Notes under the pieces: generated by a model
Database searches by the model: none
Told to the model about the DNA's origin: nothing
Seen by the model: the letters and a program-made list of their open reading frames with translations, nothing else
Part shown: in pieces, positions 15,523 to 31,790 of the stretch
Numbering within the stretch: position 1 is the first letter of the stretch
How the letters are laid out: every line of letters starts with the position of its first letter
Made by a program: the position numbers and the translations under genes
Assembly: GCF_009914755.1 (NCBI RefSeq)
Contig: NC_060931.1
Length of the DNA: 64,000 bases
DNA from: the human T2T-CHM13v2.0 reference genome, Homo sapiens
Strand: one strand, 5' to 3'

Positions 15523-16293
15523 TCACACTGTTTTTATTCTGTTTAAAAACAGAATAAATGCTTTATACTCGTTAAATACTGTTGAATGAGTGATGAGATG
15601 CTGAATAGGGAGTGCCAGTGAATATGAAAGGGAAGTGAGGTTTTGAGAGATATTTAGGAGATAAAATATCAGGACAGCTTATTGTTGACACGGTGAATAG
15701 AAATAGTAGTAGGGCAGAAGGAGGACTGTAGGATGCCCTTCAGGTTTCTGGTTCACGTATCTTAGGTGCATGGCAGTGCCATTTATTGAGACAGGGAAAG
15801 TGGAGATACAGAGAACACACGTTGCCAGAGAGAAGGAATTCACCTTTGGACACACGATGCTCAGGACATCCAGGTAGAGATGTCTAAAAGGTAGTTGGAA
15901 AGACAGAGCTGAGCGGCATCATATCCAGAATCATGGTCACCAGAATTCCAGAGTCATCAGCTAGTGTGGGCTCTCCTAAAAAGCGTGTATGGTGAGGAGG
16001 GCAGGGATAGGTCTCATGTGGCATTCATTTCCAATACATTTTGGCTCTAGAGAGGAGGCAAAGATAAACTAGCTGTATGGACAGTTTGCATCAGTCAGTC
16101 AGGTCATCCCATGACCATGGAATGTTTTTTCTGCAGAAGCTGATGGTCTCAAATGAAGGCTTGCCTTACCTGTTCCTCTGGCTGCCAACCTCTTTCTCTT
16201 AGTTGGGTTGACTGGGGCAGACGTGGAGGCTTCTTCCCTCCTAGACTCCCAGCTAACATTGGAACATTTGTGGCCTTTTAACTCTGTAGGTGA

Positions 16294-16530
<237 letters not shown>

Positions 16531-17295
16531 TAGCCAGGATGGTCGTGATCCGCCCGCCTCAGCCTCCCAAAGTGCTGGGATTACAGGCATGAGCCACCAT
16601 GCCTGGCCTATCTTTTTAAGAGACAAGGTCTCATCCTGTTTTCTGGGCTGGAGTTGAGTGGCCCAGTTGTAGCTCACTGCAGCCTCAACCCTCTAGGCTC
16701 AAGTGATCCTCCCACCTCAGCCTCCCAAGTAAGTGTGGGATCACAAGTATATGCCACCAAGCCCAGCTAATTTTTTATTTTTTTTTGTGGAGACAGTGTC
16801 TCCCCCATGTTGTCCAGGCTGGTCTCGAACTCCTGAACTCAACTGATCTTCTTACCTTGGCTTTCCAAAGGGCTGGGATTGCCAAATACTGTGGCTCATG
16901 CCTATAATCCCACCACTTTGGGAGGCCAAGGCAGGTGGATCACTTGAGCTCAGAGTTCGACACCAGCCTGGGCAGCATGGTGAAACCCTGTCTCTACTAA
17001 AAATACAAAAAATTAGCCAGGCGTGTCGGCATGTGTCTGCAGTTCCAGCTACTCAGGAGATTGAGGCAGGAGAATTGCTTGAACCTGGAGGCGGAGGTTG
17101 CAGTGAACTGGGATTACACCACTGCACTCCAGCCTGGGTGACAGAGTGAGACTCCAACTCAAAAAAAAAAAAGAAAAAGTGCTGGGATTACAGGCGTGAG
17201 CCAACATGTTTGCATTTATCTAGTTGAAGCTACGAGGAGGTAGGAGGGCCTAGTTGTCCTTGGTGTTTTGACGTAAGGGCTAGACAGTGGATTGA

Positions 17296-17412
17296 TTTTA
17301 TTAAATATTGCTAAATATTAATAAATTTATTAAATCCATTAAATATTGTTAAATATTAATACATTTATTAAATTTATTAAATATTAAGTATTATTAAATT
17401 TATTAAGTATTA
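17296..17412. repeat. AT-rich low-complexity, self-complementary minisatellite
   Basis: Reiterated TATTAAATATT and AATTTATTAAA units. Confidence 0.85.
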
Positions 17413-18024
17413 CAGGTTCTTTTACACCACAAAGCTAGATAAACCCTTTACCAGCCCTGAATAATGGCTTCCCCTTTCTTTTTTCCTTTGTTCTTTTTGT
17501 CTGGGGAAGGGGGACCACAGAAGTATTTAATAAAATAGCACTTGTGGCCAGGTGCGGTGGCTCATGCCACCCCAGCACTTTGGGAGGCTGAGGTGGGCGG
17601 ATCACCTGAGGTCAGGAGTTGGAGACCAGCCTGGCCAACATGGTGAAACCCCATCTCTACTAAAAATACAAAAAATTAGCCAGGCGTTGTGGCGGGTCCT
17701 GTAGTTCCAACTACTTGAGAGGCTGAGGCAGGAGAATCGCTTGAACCGGGAGGTGGAGGTTGCATTGAGCCGAGATCATGCCATTGCACTCAGCCTACAT
17801 GACAGAGTGGGACTCCGTCTCAAAAATTAAAAAAAAAAAAAAAAAAAAAAAACCACTTGTGCTGAATGTGGTCTTAAAATAGTTGCAATCCAGGCCAGGC
17901 ACAGTGGCTCATGCTTGTAATCCCAGTGCTTTGGGAGGCCGAGGCAGGCAGATCACTTGAGGTTAGGGGAGACTAGCCTGGCCAACATGGTGAAATCCTG
18001 TCTCTACAAAAAATACAAAAATTA

Positions 18025-18156
<132 letters not shown>

Positions 18157-18411
18157 CTATCTCAACAAAGAAACAAATAAACACCTATAGTTGTAATCCT
18201 AGACCTAAATGCATATCTACCCTCTTTCCATTATGAAAAGCCAAGGATGAAATCAAACTATAAAGACAGCAGGGAAGGAGGACCACTATCTTGCTCTTTC
18301 ACTCCCCTTATATATTTTTTAGCATATTCTCACACCTCTGCTGTTTGTGTATTTTTTATATGTTTTAAAGATATTTTAACCCAGTCTTGCATTTAAATGT
18401 TCAAATTTTAG

Positions 18412-18756
<345 letters not shown>

Positions 18757-19572
18757 TGAGTAGCTGGGACTACAGGTCCCTGTTACCATGTCTGGCTAAT
18801 TTTTTTGTATTTTTAATAGAGACAGAGTTTCAACGTGTTAGCTAGGATGGTCTCGATCTTCTGACCTCATCATCCCTCCCCCTCAGTCTCCCAAAGTGCT
18901 GGGATTACAGGCATTAGCCACCATGCCTGGCCCTAATTTTGTATTTCTAGTACAGACAGGGTTTCATTATGTTGCCCAGGCTGGTCTCGATCTCCTGACC
19001 TCATGATCTGCCTGCCTCGGCCTCCCAAAGTTCTGGGATTACAGGTGTGAACCACCATGTCCGGCCCAGTTTTTCCTGTTCTAAGGAAACAGTTGAGTAA
19101 TAGCTTTGCTCCTCCTTTAACCTAAATTATTCCTTTCACGAGGTTAGTGACTTCTGACAGGCAGAGGTAGGTAGTCTGAAGCCTGATTACCTGGTCCCAA
19201 AGTGGAGGAAATGGAGCCCTGACCCAAACAAATAGGTAGTAAAGGTAAATTAAAAATATGAAGTTATTTTGAAAGGCATATGTTGAGATGTTTAATATTT
19301 CCAGCCCTGTCTGGTGCACCGTGTAGAACTTCTCCACCTTATCATATGTCACTCTTAATAGTTCCTTGTATATCCGTCCAGTGTTTATGTAAATAAAAGC
19401 AAATATGAACGTATGTTCTTACCTCCTCATACTCTTTTACACAAAAGGTAGCTCATATAACCTGTTCTGTACTGTTTTGCCCTTAACAGTATGTCTTGGG
19501 GATCTTTCCTTGTTGGTACAGAGAAAGCTTTCTCATTCTTAAATCAGAGCTGCATAGTATTGCATTGTGTGA

Positions 19573-19905
<333 letters not shown>

Positions 19906-20002
19906 TGAGCCACCCTCCTTGGCCTCCCAAAATGCTGGGGATTACAGGTCTGAGCCACTGTGCCCGGTCAAAGGCAGCTTTTTTATTTTTATTTTTTTTT
20001 GA

Positions 20003-20107
<105 letters not shown>

Positions 20108-20437
20108 TGAGTAGCTGGGATTACAGTCATGTGCCATCATAGCCGGCTAATTTTTTGTATTTTTAGTAGAGACAGGGTTTCACCGTGTTAGCCAGGATAG
20201 TCTCGATCTCCTGACCTCAGGTGATCCACCTGCCTTGGCCTCCCAAACTATTGGGATTATAGGTGTGAGCCACCGCGCCCAGCCAAAGTCAGCTTTTTAA
20301 AGGGTTGCACAGCACTGCATATGCTACTTAAAATGAGATTATTATTCTTCATTCTTAGAATCCCAGTTAGTTTTATTGGTTGATAAATTCCCAGTTACTC
20401 GTACTCACAAGCACAACATTGATGATGAGTCTGACAT

Positions 20438-21054
20438 ATTTTTTTTTTCTTTTTTTTTTTAATTGATCATTCTTGGGTGTTTCTCACAGAGGGGGATTTG
20501 GCAGGGTCACAGGACAATAGTGGAGGGAAGGTCAGCAGATAAACAAGTGAACAAAGGTCTCTGGTTTTCCTAGGCAGAGGACCCTGAGGCCTTCCGCAGT
20601 GTTTGTGTCCCTGGGTACTTGAGATTAGGGAGTGGTGATGACTCTTAAGGAGCATGCTGCCTTCAAGCATCTGTTTAACAAAGCACATCTTGCACCGCCC
20701 TTAATCCATTCAACCTTGAGTGGATACAGCACATGTTTCAGAGAGCACAGGGTTGGGGGTAAGGTCACAGATCAACAGGATCCCAAGGCAGAAGAATTTT
20801 TCTTAGTACAGAACAAAATGAAAAGTCTCCCATGTCTACCTCCTTCCACACAGACACGGCAACCATCCGATTTCTCAATCTTTTCCCCACCTTTCCCCCC
20901 TTTCTATTCCACAAAACCGCCATTGTCATCATGGCCCGTTCTCAATGAGCTGTTGGGTACACCTCCCAGACGGGGTGGTGGCCAGGCAGAGGGGCTCCTC
21001 ACTTCCCAGTAGGGGCGGCCGGGCAGAGGCGCCCCTCACCTCCCGGACGGGGCG
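20438..21054 (-). mobile_element. SVA retrotransposon, 5'-truncated (poly-A, complete SINE-R, 2-3 VNTR units)
   Basis: Poly-T then GATCATTCTTGGGTGTTTCTC...AAGGTCAGCAGATAAACAAGTGAACAAAGG SINE-R; VNTR CGGCCGGGCAGAGGCGCCCCTCACCTCCCGGACGGGGCG; TSD GAGTCTGACAT(A/C)TTTT at 20427 and 21055. Confidence 0.96.
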
Positions 21055-22044
21055 GAGTCTGACATCTTTTCGTAACTCAAGAATCATTAGTATGACTGCC
21101 CCATGGAGGCATACTGCTCTCTCTCAGGTTTATTTCAATAATAAAACCTTTGGAAATTTTAATAGTGAAACCTACTTAAGGCCCTTTGCTCAAGAAGTCA
21201 GAATCACTGATCACTGCAATTACTCCCATGGCAGCTATAGAGCAACTTAACAGGATAATAGTGAATAAGATAAATTACACTTCAGATTCTTAATGGATTG
21301 ATGTGCAAAAGTATATAAGGGAAGATGAGTGTGGGAGAGGAGTGCCTTTCAAATTTCTGCACACAGCAATAAAATAGGGAACTGGGCCATTGTAGCCATT
21401 ACTGTTAGGGATTAGTCATCTAGTAACAAGCTCTGGGGCTCAGTGGTGGGTAGCACATCCTGTTTATTATAGACAACAAATTGGGTTAATTCTCTTGTTT
21501 GTGTGTCTCTGTGGAGGGGTTGGAAATTCTAGGTGATTTGCTAATTGTCTGATTTAGAATACTCCCCTTTCTACTAAATAATTAGTGTCTTTGGTGTGAA
21601 AATAGGGAGGCAGACCAGTTTTACAAATAGCTGCTGGCCTGGAGAATAACAGTTTCTACCAAGTGAGTGGTTAAAAAAGGCAGCCTGGAAAAATAACTGT
21701 GGGATGGTAAGTGTTTCTTATTTTCAAGGCTAACATAAGTTCTTCCTATGTGTTGGGGATGGAGGAGGGGATGGGTCGGTTAAGAAGTGAGTACAGTGCT
21801 TGCTTTTGCTTTGAGTGTCCCTCAATTTGTGTTTAGGAAAGAAGAGTGAGTATGTGGTTATATGGGTAGGGGGTGGGCCAGGGAAGGGGCCCAAGGTAGG
21901 AAATTCAGGAGACTTCACTGTAGTTCCACCCTTAGGGATATCCTTGGCACCTGGTCACATTATGGATGCCTCACCGTCTGCTGGGTATCAATTTTTTTTT
22001 TCTTTAGAGATGGAGTTTCACTCTTGTTGCCCTGGCTGGGGTGA

Positions 22045-22149
<105 letters not shown>

Positions 22150-22337
22150 TGACTAATTTTGTATTTTTACTAGAGACGGGCTTTCTCCATGTTGGTCAGG
22201 CTGTTCTTAAACTCCCGACCTCAGGTGACCTGCCCGCCTTGGCCTCCCAAAGTGCTAAGATTACAGGCGTGAGCCACCTCGCCCAGCCAATCACAATTTT
22301 AAAAAACCACCATAGCCTAGTTAATGATGCTTATTAG

Positions 22338-22574
<237 letters not shown>

Positions 22575-24246
22575 TAGTAGAGACGGGGTTTTACTATGTT
22601 GGTCAGTCTGGTCTCAAACTCATGACCTCAAGTAATCTGCCCACCTCCGCCTCCCAAAGTGCTGAGATTACAGGCGTGAGCCACCGTGCCCAACTTAAAC
22701 TGCCCAATTTTAAGGGAACAATTGGGAAAACACTTGTTTAAAAAGGAAATGAAGGAGTTGCCACGATTGTGGTTAGCTGTGTGAAGACCCTAGAAAACCT
22801 ATGTAAACTCCTGGGGGCTCACAGTCTTACTGCCTGGTCAAGAACCTTAGAAAACTTAGATGTACGTGTTAGGAGACCAGGTCTGAAAGCTCCCAGGGTT
22901 GTATAAACTTCTATACTAAGTTCCATGATACCCGATGGGTAGTCCCACATTTAGACATGCTATTGCTATTGCTGCTTCCTTCCTTATCATGAAAAGAGCA
23001 GAAGATGCAGACAATACATGAAGCAGGAAGACAAAGGGGAGACACTGAACTTGTCACCTACCTTTGGGTGCCCCTCATGCTTCATGTTTCCCATTGAGCC
23101 TCACTTATCAGTGACACAGGGAATGGTCCCTTTGCTGTCCACTTTCCCCGTGGCTGCCTGGAGGTAGGAGAGGCAGATCGTGTCACTTGCCGAGATTATG
23201 TTGCTGTGGATTCGTTGGAGGGACAGGAACAGGAAATCTTCCTGGTGGTGTATGTATCACTGGGGCTCACAGGGGTACTTTTTAATCTTCTCACTGGCCT
23301 CTGATTCTGTGACCCTGGTTATTATATGTTCAGAAAGTGTCAGCTTATTTGAAAGTGATACTCTTATTTTCTATTTAAACACTGCCAAAGACCATCACGC
23401 TTTTTTTTTTTAATTGAAACATTTTGGTATTTTTTATTTTTTGGAGATAGTCTTGCTCTTTCATATGAACATGAAGGGACTCATCGTCCTTCCCCTGCAG
23501 TATGTCTTTAATTTAATAACATGTCAATGAAGGGTCATGTCTGAATGAATTATAGAAGTTCAGGACCTAAAAAAGGAAGGTCCCAGAAACCGGGCTTTGG
23601 TTTATTTCTACTACTACACTTGCTATTGAAACTAAGCAGGCAACTTCATTTCTCTTGGTTTCAGCTTTCTCATGTGTCAGGATGGGAGAGGAAGGGAGGC
23701 GTTGGGATAAGTGTCATTCCGCTGTCTGTACTTCAAATCTGGCTAACACGTGTGGCAAATACTTAGATTTGTTGACAGAGGTTTCCTGGAGTGCTGTCTT
23801 GAACGATTCTGAGCAGGCTCAGCAAGAAAGTGTGTTTGAGTTGATTGGGTGTATCTGTCATGGAGAAGGAAGTAATGAATGGGGAGTGCTCCCAGCATTC
23901 CTGGGGCATTCCTGTTTATTATCTCAATACCTGGTGCTGATGTTTCCTGTCCCTTATCAGGAATCCTGACTACTCTGTGTCTGATGACTGGAACTTACCG
24001 AGCGCTGCTTAGTTGCATCATAGACACCACCTGTCTTTGAACAGCTACCCTGCCTCTTGATGAGAATGCAAAGGCTGCCAGGGGCCACTGCTGTATGGAG
24101 TGGATTTCGGTCATTTCTGCTTAGAGCACAGAGGTCATTTTGACTAATAACATAACTCTCCTTTTGATTGAAAGTGTTAAAATGTTCCTCCTAAAAGTAC
24201 TTATTTTTTAGGCTTATTCTTCAGATTTGCCCAATATCCTAAGTAA

Positions 24247-24566
<320 letters not shown>

Positions 24567-24576
24567 GTAAATTCTA

Positions 24577-24900
<324 letters not shown>

Positions 24901-25216
24901 TCATTTCTGGAATTAAAACAATAAAATGACATTTCTACTAAAATGTTTTTCTAGCTAGAGGTGACAAGTGTGGCTGTAAGTCCTTGATGAAAAGTCTGGC
25001 TCTGAGCTGCAGTCCTGGCACTCTCCATTGACCCCGCATCCCATACTCAGTCGTCTTCATCAGTACAAGAATAGTGACCCCTGCCTCCACGATGTTCAGA
25101 CACACTGTGGTGGCTTGCACTATGCCTAAGTACTTGAATGACATTTAATCTGCTGGGTTTTATTTGCTTTGTTATTCCTGGGTCAGTCTTGTTGGGGACT
25201 AAATATTGACGATTGA

Positions 25217-25497
<281 letters not shown>

Positions 25498-25806
25498 TGA
25501 GTCACTGTGCCCGGCCTGATGATTTTTTTATTATATCTGTGTTTCTGCAGAGTTTTAGTGGCTAAAGAAAGTACACTAGTGTTAATTTTCTTTTTCATGA
25601 AAGAAGTAATTTACTATTCATTCAGTTACTTGCCAGTCATGGGAAGGAAAAGTCAAGATTTTCATCCACAATGATAGGAATTATTGTGACATTACAGGAT
25701 GACTCTGTGGACACCTTTAGGAAAAAACCCTGGTCATATCACAACCATTTTACTTGCTGTGAGACCACCATTGTACTGACTACTGTAACATTTCTTGGTT
25801 TTCTAG

Positions 25807-25865
25807 ACCTGAAGTAGTTATTTTCTACTTGCCTCCTGGAATGGCTAACAAAATAAACACTAAAG
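25807..25865 (+). pseudogene. GTF2IP23: GTF2I pseudogene exon, 59 bp
   Basis: ttttctag|ACCTGAAG...ACTAAAG|gtaga; PEVVIFYLPPGMANKINTK versus GTF2I PELVISYLPPGMASKINTK. Confidence 0.92.
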
Positions 25866-26095
25866 GTAGAAGATTACCTGTACTTCATATTATATTTCAC
25901 TGCATTAAGACATCCTTTCTCAGCATTCCTTAAATCACACAGAATCATTGGCCACTATCTTTGTGGGACTTGCAGTTAGTTTCTTGGCTTTTGAAGGTGT
26001 TTTATTTAATGGACCTCTTTTTCTTTAAAAAAACATTTTATTGGAAGTGTCACATTTGCAATCCCACTTCATTCATGTTTCCATGGCTTTGTTGA

Positions 26096-26377
<282 letters not shown>

Positions 26378-26566
26378 TGACCTTGTGATCCACCCGCCTC
26401 GGCCTCCCAAAGTGCTGGGATTACAGGCATGAGCCACCGCGCCCAGCCACAGGTTTCTTTGAAAAGGGCCAAACTGAATGAATTTTAATACTCTGCCCTT
26501 ATAAGGCATCTCCTTCTGTATTTTTTTCCTACAATAGACTAAAGTAATTCTGTGCTTATTTTATAG

Positions 26567-26641
26567 CTTTGCAGTCCCCAAAAAAACCATGAAGCCCTGA
26601 GAGTAATGAAAAGCTTCCTGACATTGAGGTCACTGTGGAAG
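26567..26641 (+). pseudogene. GTF2IP23: GTF2I pseudogene exon, 75 bp, with nonsense codon
   Basis: ttttatag|CTTTGCAG...GTGGAAG|gtaagg; LQSPKKP*SPESNEKLPDIEVTVE versus GTF2I [24 protein letters not shown]; TGA at 26590-26592. Confidence 0.92.
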
Positions 26642-27171
26642 GTAAGGGCCAGTCCTTGGCATGTTTCTGTTGATTCTCCAGTGTAATAGTTATGTCAATT
26701 CACTAGCTATGTGTTTATACAGTTGAAGGTAACCAAACTAGTTGTACATATGAACAGCTGCCTTTGATAAAGCTAAATTTCTGAATGTTTTTAATTGAAA
26801 TTTTGAAAATGATTAACAAAAAATAAATAACATGGATCACATCATAAACTGCACTCAAGAAAATCCCTAAAATGCTTTTCCTCTATTACAAAAAATAGGG
26901 GTGCAGAGGGTCATGTGGAATGTTTCTTTGCCTTTTGTCCTCTTTGTTTTTTCTATTCTTTTAAGGAAAGAAAGTTGGGTAGTTTAAACAGCAGTGCCTG
27001 GAATGAAAGTATTTCCTACAACACCCTCTAATGTACTTCCTTCTCTCCATTCCCACAGGGTCTGCAGGGTTCTCATCTTTTCATGTTCACAGTATTGAAA
27101 TACATTATACAATACCAAAGACAGTTCCCAACGAACCCTCAAATATGGGTATTTCTTCCATCTCCTCATAA

Positions 27172-27591
<420 letters not shown>

Positions 27592-27619
27592 TAATTTCCA
27601 TTTAATCATCTGGCATACT

Positions 27620-27714
27620 CAGAGAGAGGATACCAGATGACTAAGAGTATACCTCACAGAGAGTATACCAGATGACTAAGAGTATACCTCACAGAGAGTA
27701 TACCAGCTGACTAA
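27620..27714. repeat. 35-bp tandem repeat, about 2.7 copies
   Basis: Unit CAGAGAGTATACCAGATGACTAAGAGTATACCTCA; TACCAG(A/C)TGA recurs at 27631, 27666 and 27701. Confidence 0.9.
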
Positions 27715-28103
27715 ATGGGGACGAGAGCGAGTATTTAAACGTTTCATTCATTGATCCTGTTAAGGGAAAGTTTACTTAATAACATAAACTCTTGGTTATG
27801 AATTAGATGTTTCTCCTATGAAAGCTTGTAGGCATCTTTTAGCAACTTAATACCAGATTATTTCTGTTCTGAAATGCCAAGAATTAAAAATACATTCAAA
27901 CCTTTACTTTTCTCCTTTTGGAAAAGATCAGAGGATCAGAGATCTCTCCTCTACACGAGGTGCCATCCTTTCCTGAAGGAGCTCCTTGTAAAGTGCATGA
28001 GGTGTTCCTTTTGGTAAAAAGACACACTGCGCAACCACAGAGACCTGAGCCTGAACCTATAAAGATTTGAACAAGGTGAACAATGACACTATGTAAAATA
28101 TGT

Positions 28104-28732
28104 GCCACCATGCCTGGCCTCTGCTAGTCCTATATTCTCTAGAGTTCTTTTTTTGGTAGCCAATCTGTCATTATGCCTTTGCCCTGTCATAATTAGTTTT
28201 TTTTTTTTTAAATTTTAAATTTGACACTTTACACATTTGAGTGGTTTATGTCTCCTGTTTGGACTCTGACAAATACAGAATTGATGCTAGGAAGGGTCCT
28301 GGGAGATAGACCCACACAACTGGGATTTGGGCATAGATTTGGGTATCCAAGGGGCAGTGCTGAGCTCCTTGCCAATGGGAAATTGGATGCTGGTGATTTC
28401 CAGGAAGTGACCTCATAATGACTCAAGCTACCACTTACTGTTGATTGTGATGAAATGCCAGCTAAGGCATATGCCTTGGGAGCTAAGTGGCTGCTGCACT
28501 TGACCACTATGAAGACTGGTGTGGGAAGAATCCTTTTGGATTCTCCAGCCTGTGTTGCCCAGGCTGGAGCACAGTGGTGTGATCTGCTCACTTGAGCAGA
28601 GGCCCCTAATCCCTGGGTCACAGGCCTGTACTGGGCCACACAGCAGGAGGTGAGCAGAGGGTGGGTGAGCGAAGCTTCATCTGTATTTACTGCCACTCCC
28701 CACATGACCACCTGATCTCTGCCTCCTGTCAG
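28104..28732 (+). repeat. Internal duplication, copy 1 (paralog of 44315-45204)
   Basis: Shared non-repeat blocks, e.g. AAATACAGAATTGATGCTAGGAAG, GGATGCTGGTGATTTCCAGGAAGTG, AAGCTACCACTTACTGTT, TGTGATGAAATGC, AAGGCATATGCC. Confidence 0.92.
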
Positions 28733-29089
28733 ATCAGCGGCAACATCAGATTCTCGTGAGCACGAACCCTGTTGTGAACTGTGCATGCAAGGGATCTACC
28801 TTGCTCTGTCCTTAGGAGAATCTAATGCCTGATGATCTGTCACTGTCTCCCATCACCCCCACATGGGACCATCTAGTTGCAGAAAAACAAGCTAAGGCCT
28901 CCCACTCATTCTACATTATGGTGAGTTATATAATTATTTTGTTATATGCTACAATGAAATAATAATAAAGTGCACAATAAATGTAACGTGCTTGATATAT
29001 CCAAAAACTGACCTTTGCTGCCCCGAGTCTGTGGAAAAACTGTCTTACACAAAACTAGTCCCTCGTCCCTCAAAAACTGAGGACTGCTG
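28597..29089 (+). mobile_element. MER1A (hAT-Charlie) DNA transposon, near full length
   Basis: GAAGCTTCATCTGTATTTAC, GAGAATCTAATGCCTGATGATCTGTCACTGTCTCCCATCACCCCC and GTGGAAAAACTGTCTT motifs; perfect 8-bp TSD CACTTGAG at 28589-28596 and 29090-29097. Confidence 0.93.
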
Positions 29090-30151
29090 CACTTGAGCAC
29101 TTACAGAGGGAAAAACAAAAAGCTCAAGTCTTTACCTCTCAGCATAAGTCGTGGTCTAAGATCCACGATAGCCCAAACAGAATTTCTTATTTCTTGTATC
29201 CACGGGGCTGATATCATTGGAAGTCAAACACAAACTTAAATGTGTGGGTTGCCGAATTACAATGACAGTTGAATCAGTTGAATTCACTGTGTCACCAAGG
29301 TTCTCAAGAGAATGTTAGGGCACTAATAAGTGAAGAATGGGATCTTTTTTTTTTTTTTCTTTTGAGACAGTCTCCCTGTGTTGCCCAGGCTGGAGCACAG
29401 TGGTGTGATCTTGGCTCACTGCAGTCTCAACCTCCCAGGCTCAAGCTATCCTTCTGCCTCAGCCTCCAGGGGAGGTGGGACCACAGGGATGAGCCACCAT
29501 GGCCGGCTAATTTTTGTGTTTTTTTTAGAGATGTGGTTTCACTGCATTGCTCAGGCTGGTCTCAAACTCCTGGGCTCAAGCCATCCACCCACCTTGGACT
29601 TCTGAAGTTTTGAGATTATAAGCAGGAGCCACCATGCCCGGCCCTGTTCTCTTTTACACTGGTTTATTGTGAGGACCTCCAATTGTCTTCCTGACTTCTA
29701 TAGGCTTGCTCACTTCAGCCTGTTCACTGAAGCCAGAAGAATTCTCCTAAAAGGCAAATTTGGGTCAGAATAGTCCTTGATTAAAACCTGATGGTGACTG
29801 CCCATTGCCTTTAAGACAAAGTCCAAACTAATTTGGCCACAGGGCCTGGTAGGAGCTGGCATCCACTCATCTTCCCAGTTTTATCCTGCACCACCCTCCC
29901 CATATCCCTACCCTCCAGCCACACGGAATGTCAGTTTCCTTGGGGGACTTTACTGGTCCTTCTTCAGGAAACCCTCTCCCTACCTCCATCATCACTCTTT
30001 CACTCTCATCTTTACTCATCTTTAGCCTTAGCCGAGATGTCTCACCCCACTCTCTATGATGCAACAAGAAGCCCCTGGGGAACGTTTCAGTCCCAGTCTG
30101 TACTATTGTCATGTGCTCATCACAGTCTGGTAAGTGCTGGCATACGATTCC

Positions 30152-30878
<727 letters not shown>

Positions 30879-30950
30879 ATTTCCTGCTACCCTATAAGCT
30901 ACATGAGGGCAGAAACTCTTTTTCTTCTCTTTTTTCTTTTTTTTTTTTGA

Positions 30951-31052
<102 letters not shown>

Positions 31053-31339
31053 TAAGTAACGGATTACAGGCATGCACAACCATGCCCCACTAATTTCTGT
31101 ACTTTTAGTGGAGACGGGGTTTCACCCTGTTAGTAAGGCTGGTCACAAACTCCTGACCTCAGGTGATTCACCTGCCTCGGCCTCCCAAAGTGCTGGGATT
31201 ACAGGTGTGAGCCACTGCTCCTGGCCAAGGGCAGAAACTCTTACACCTTGTTCACTGCTGTTTCCTGGGCACCTATTATAGTGCCTGGTATATAGTAGGT
31301 GCTCAGTAAGTGTTTGTTAGGGACTGATGCGTTGGTTCA

Positions 31340-31790
<451 letters not shown>

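Noticed and set aside
21864-21889. G-quadruplex-type motif (another at about 37301-37325)
   Set aside because: Isolated motifs are common and have no supporting context.
27896-28111. 71-aa minus-strand ORF in unique sequence after the last GTF2I exon
   Set aside because: No match to the next GTF2I exon or any protein I recognise; it starts within an Alu remnant.
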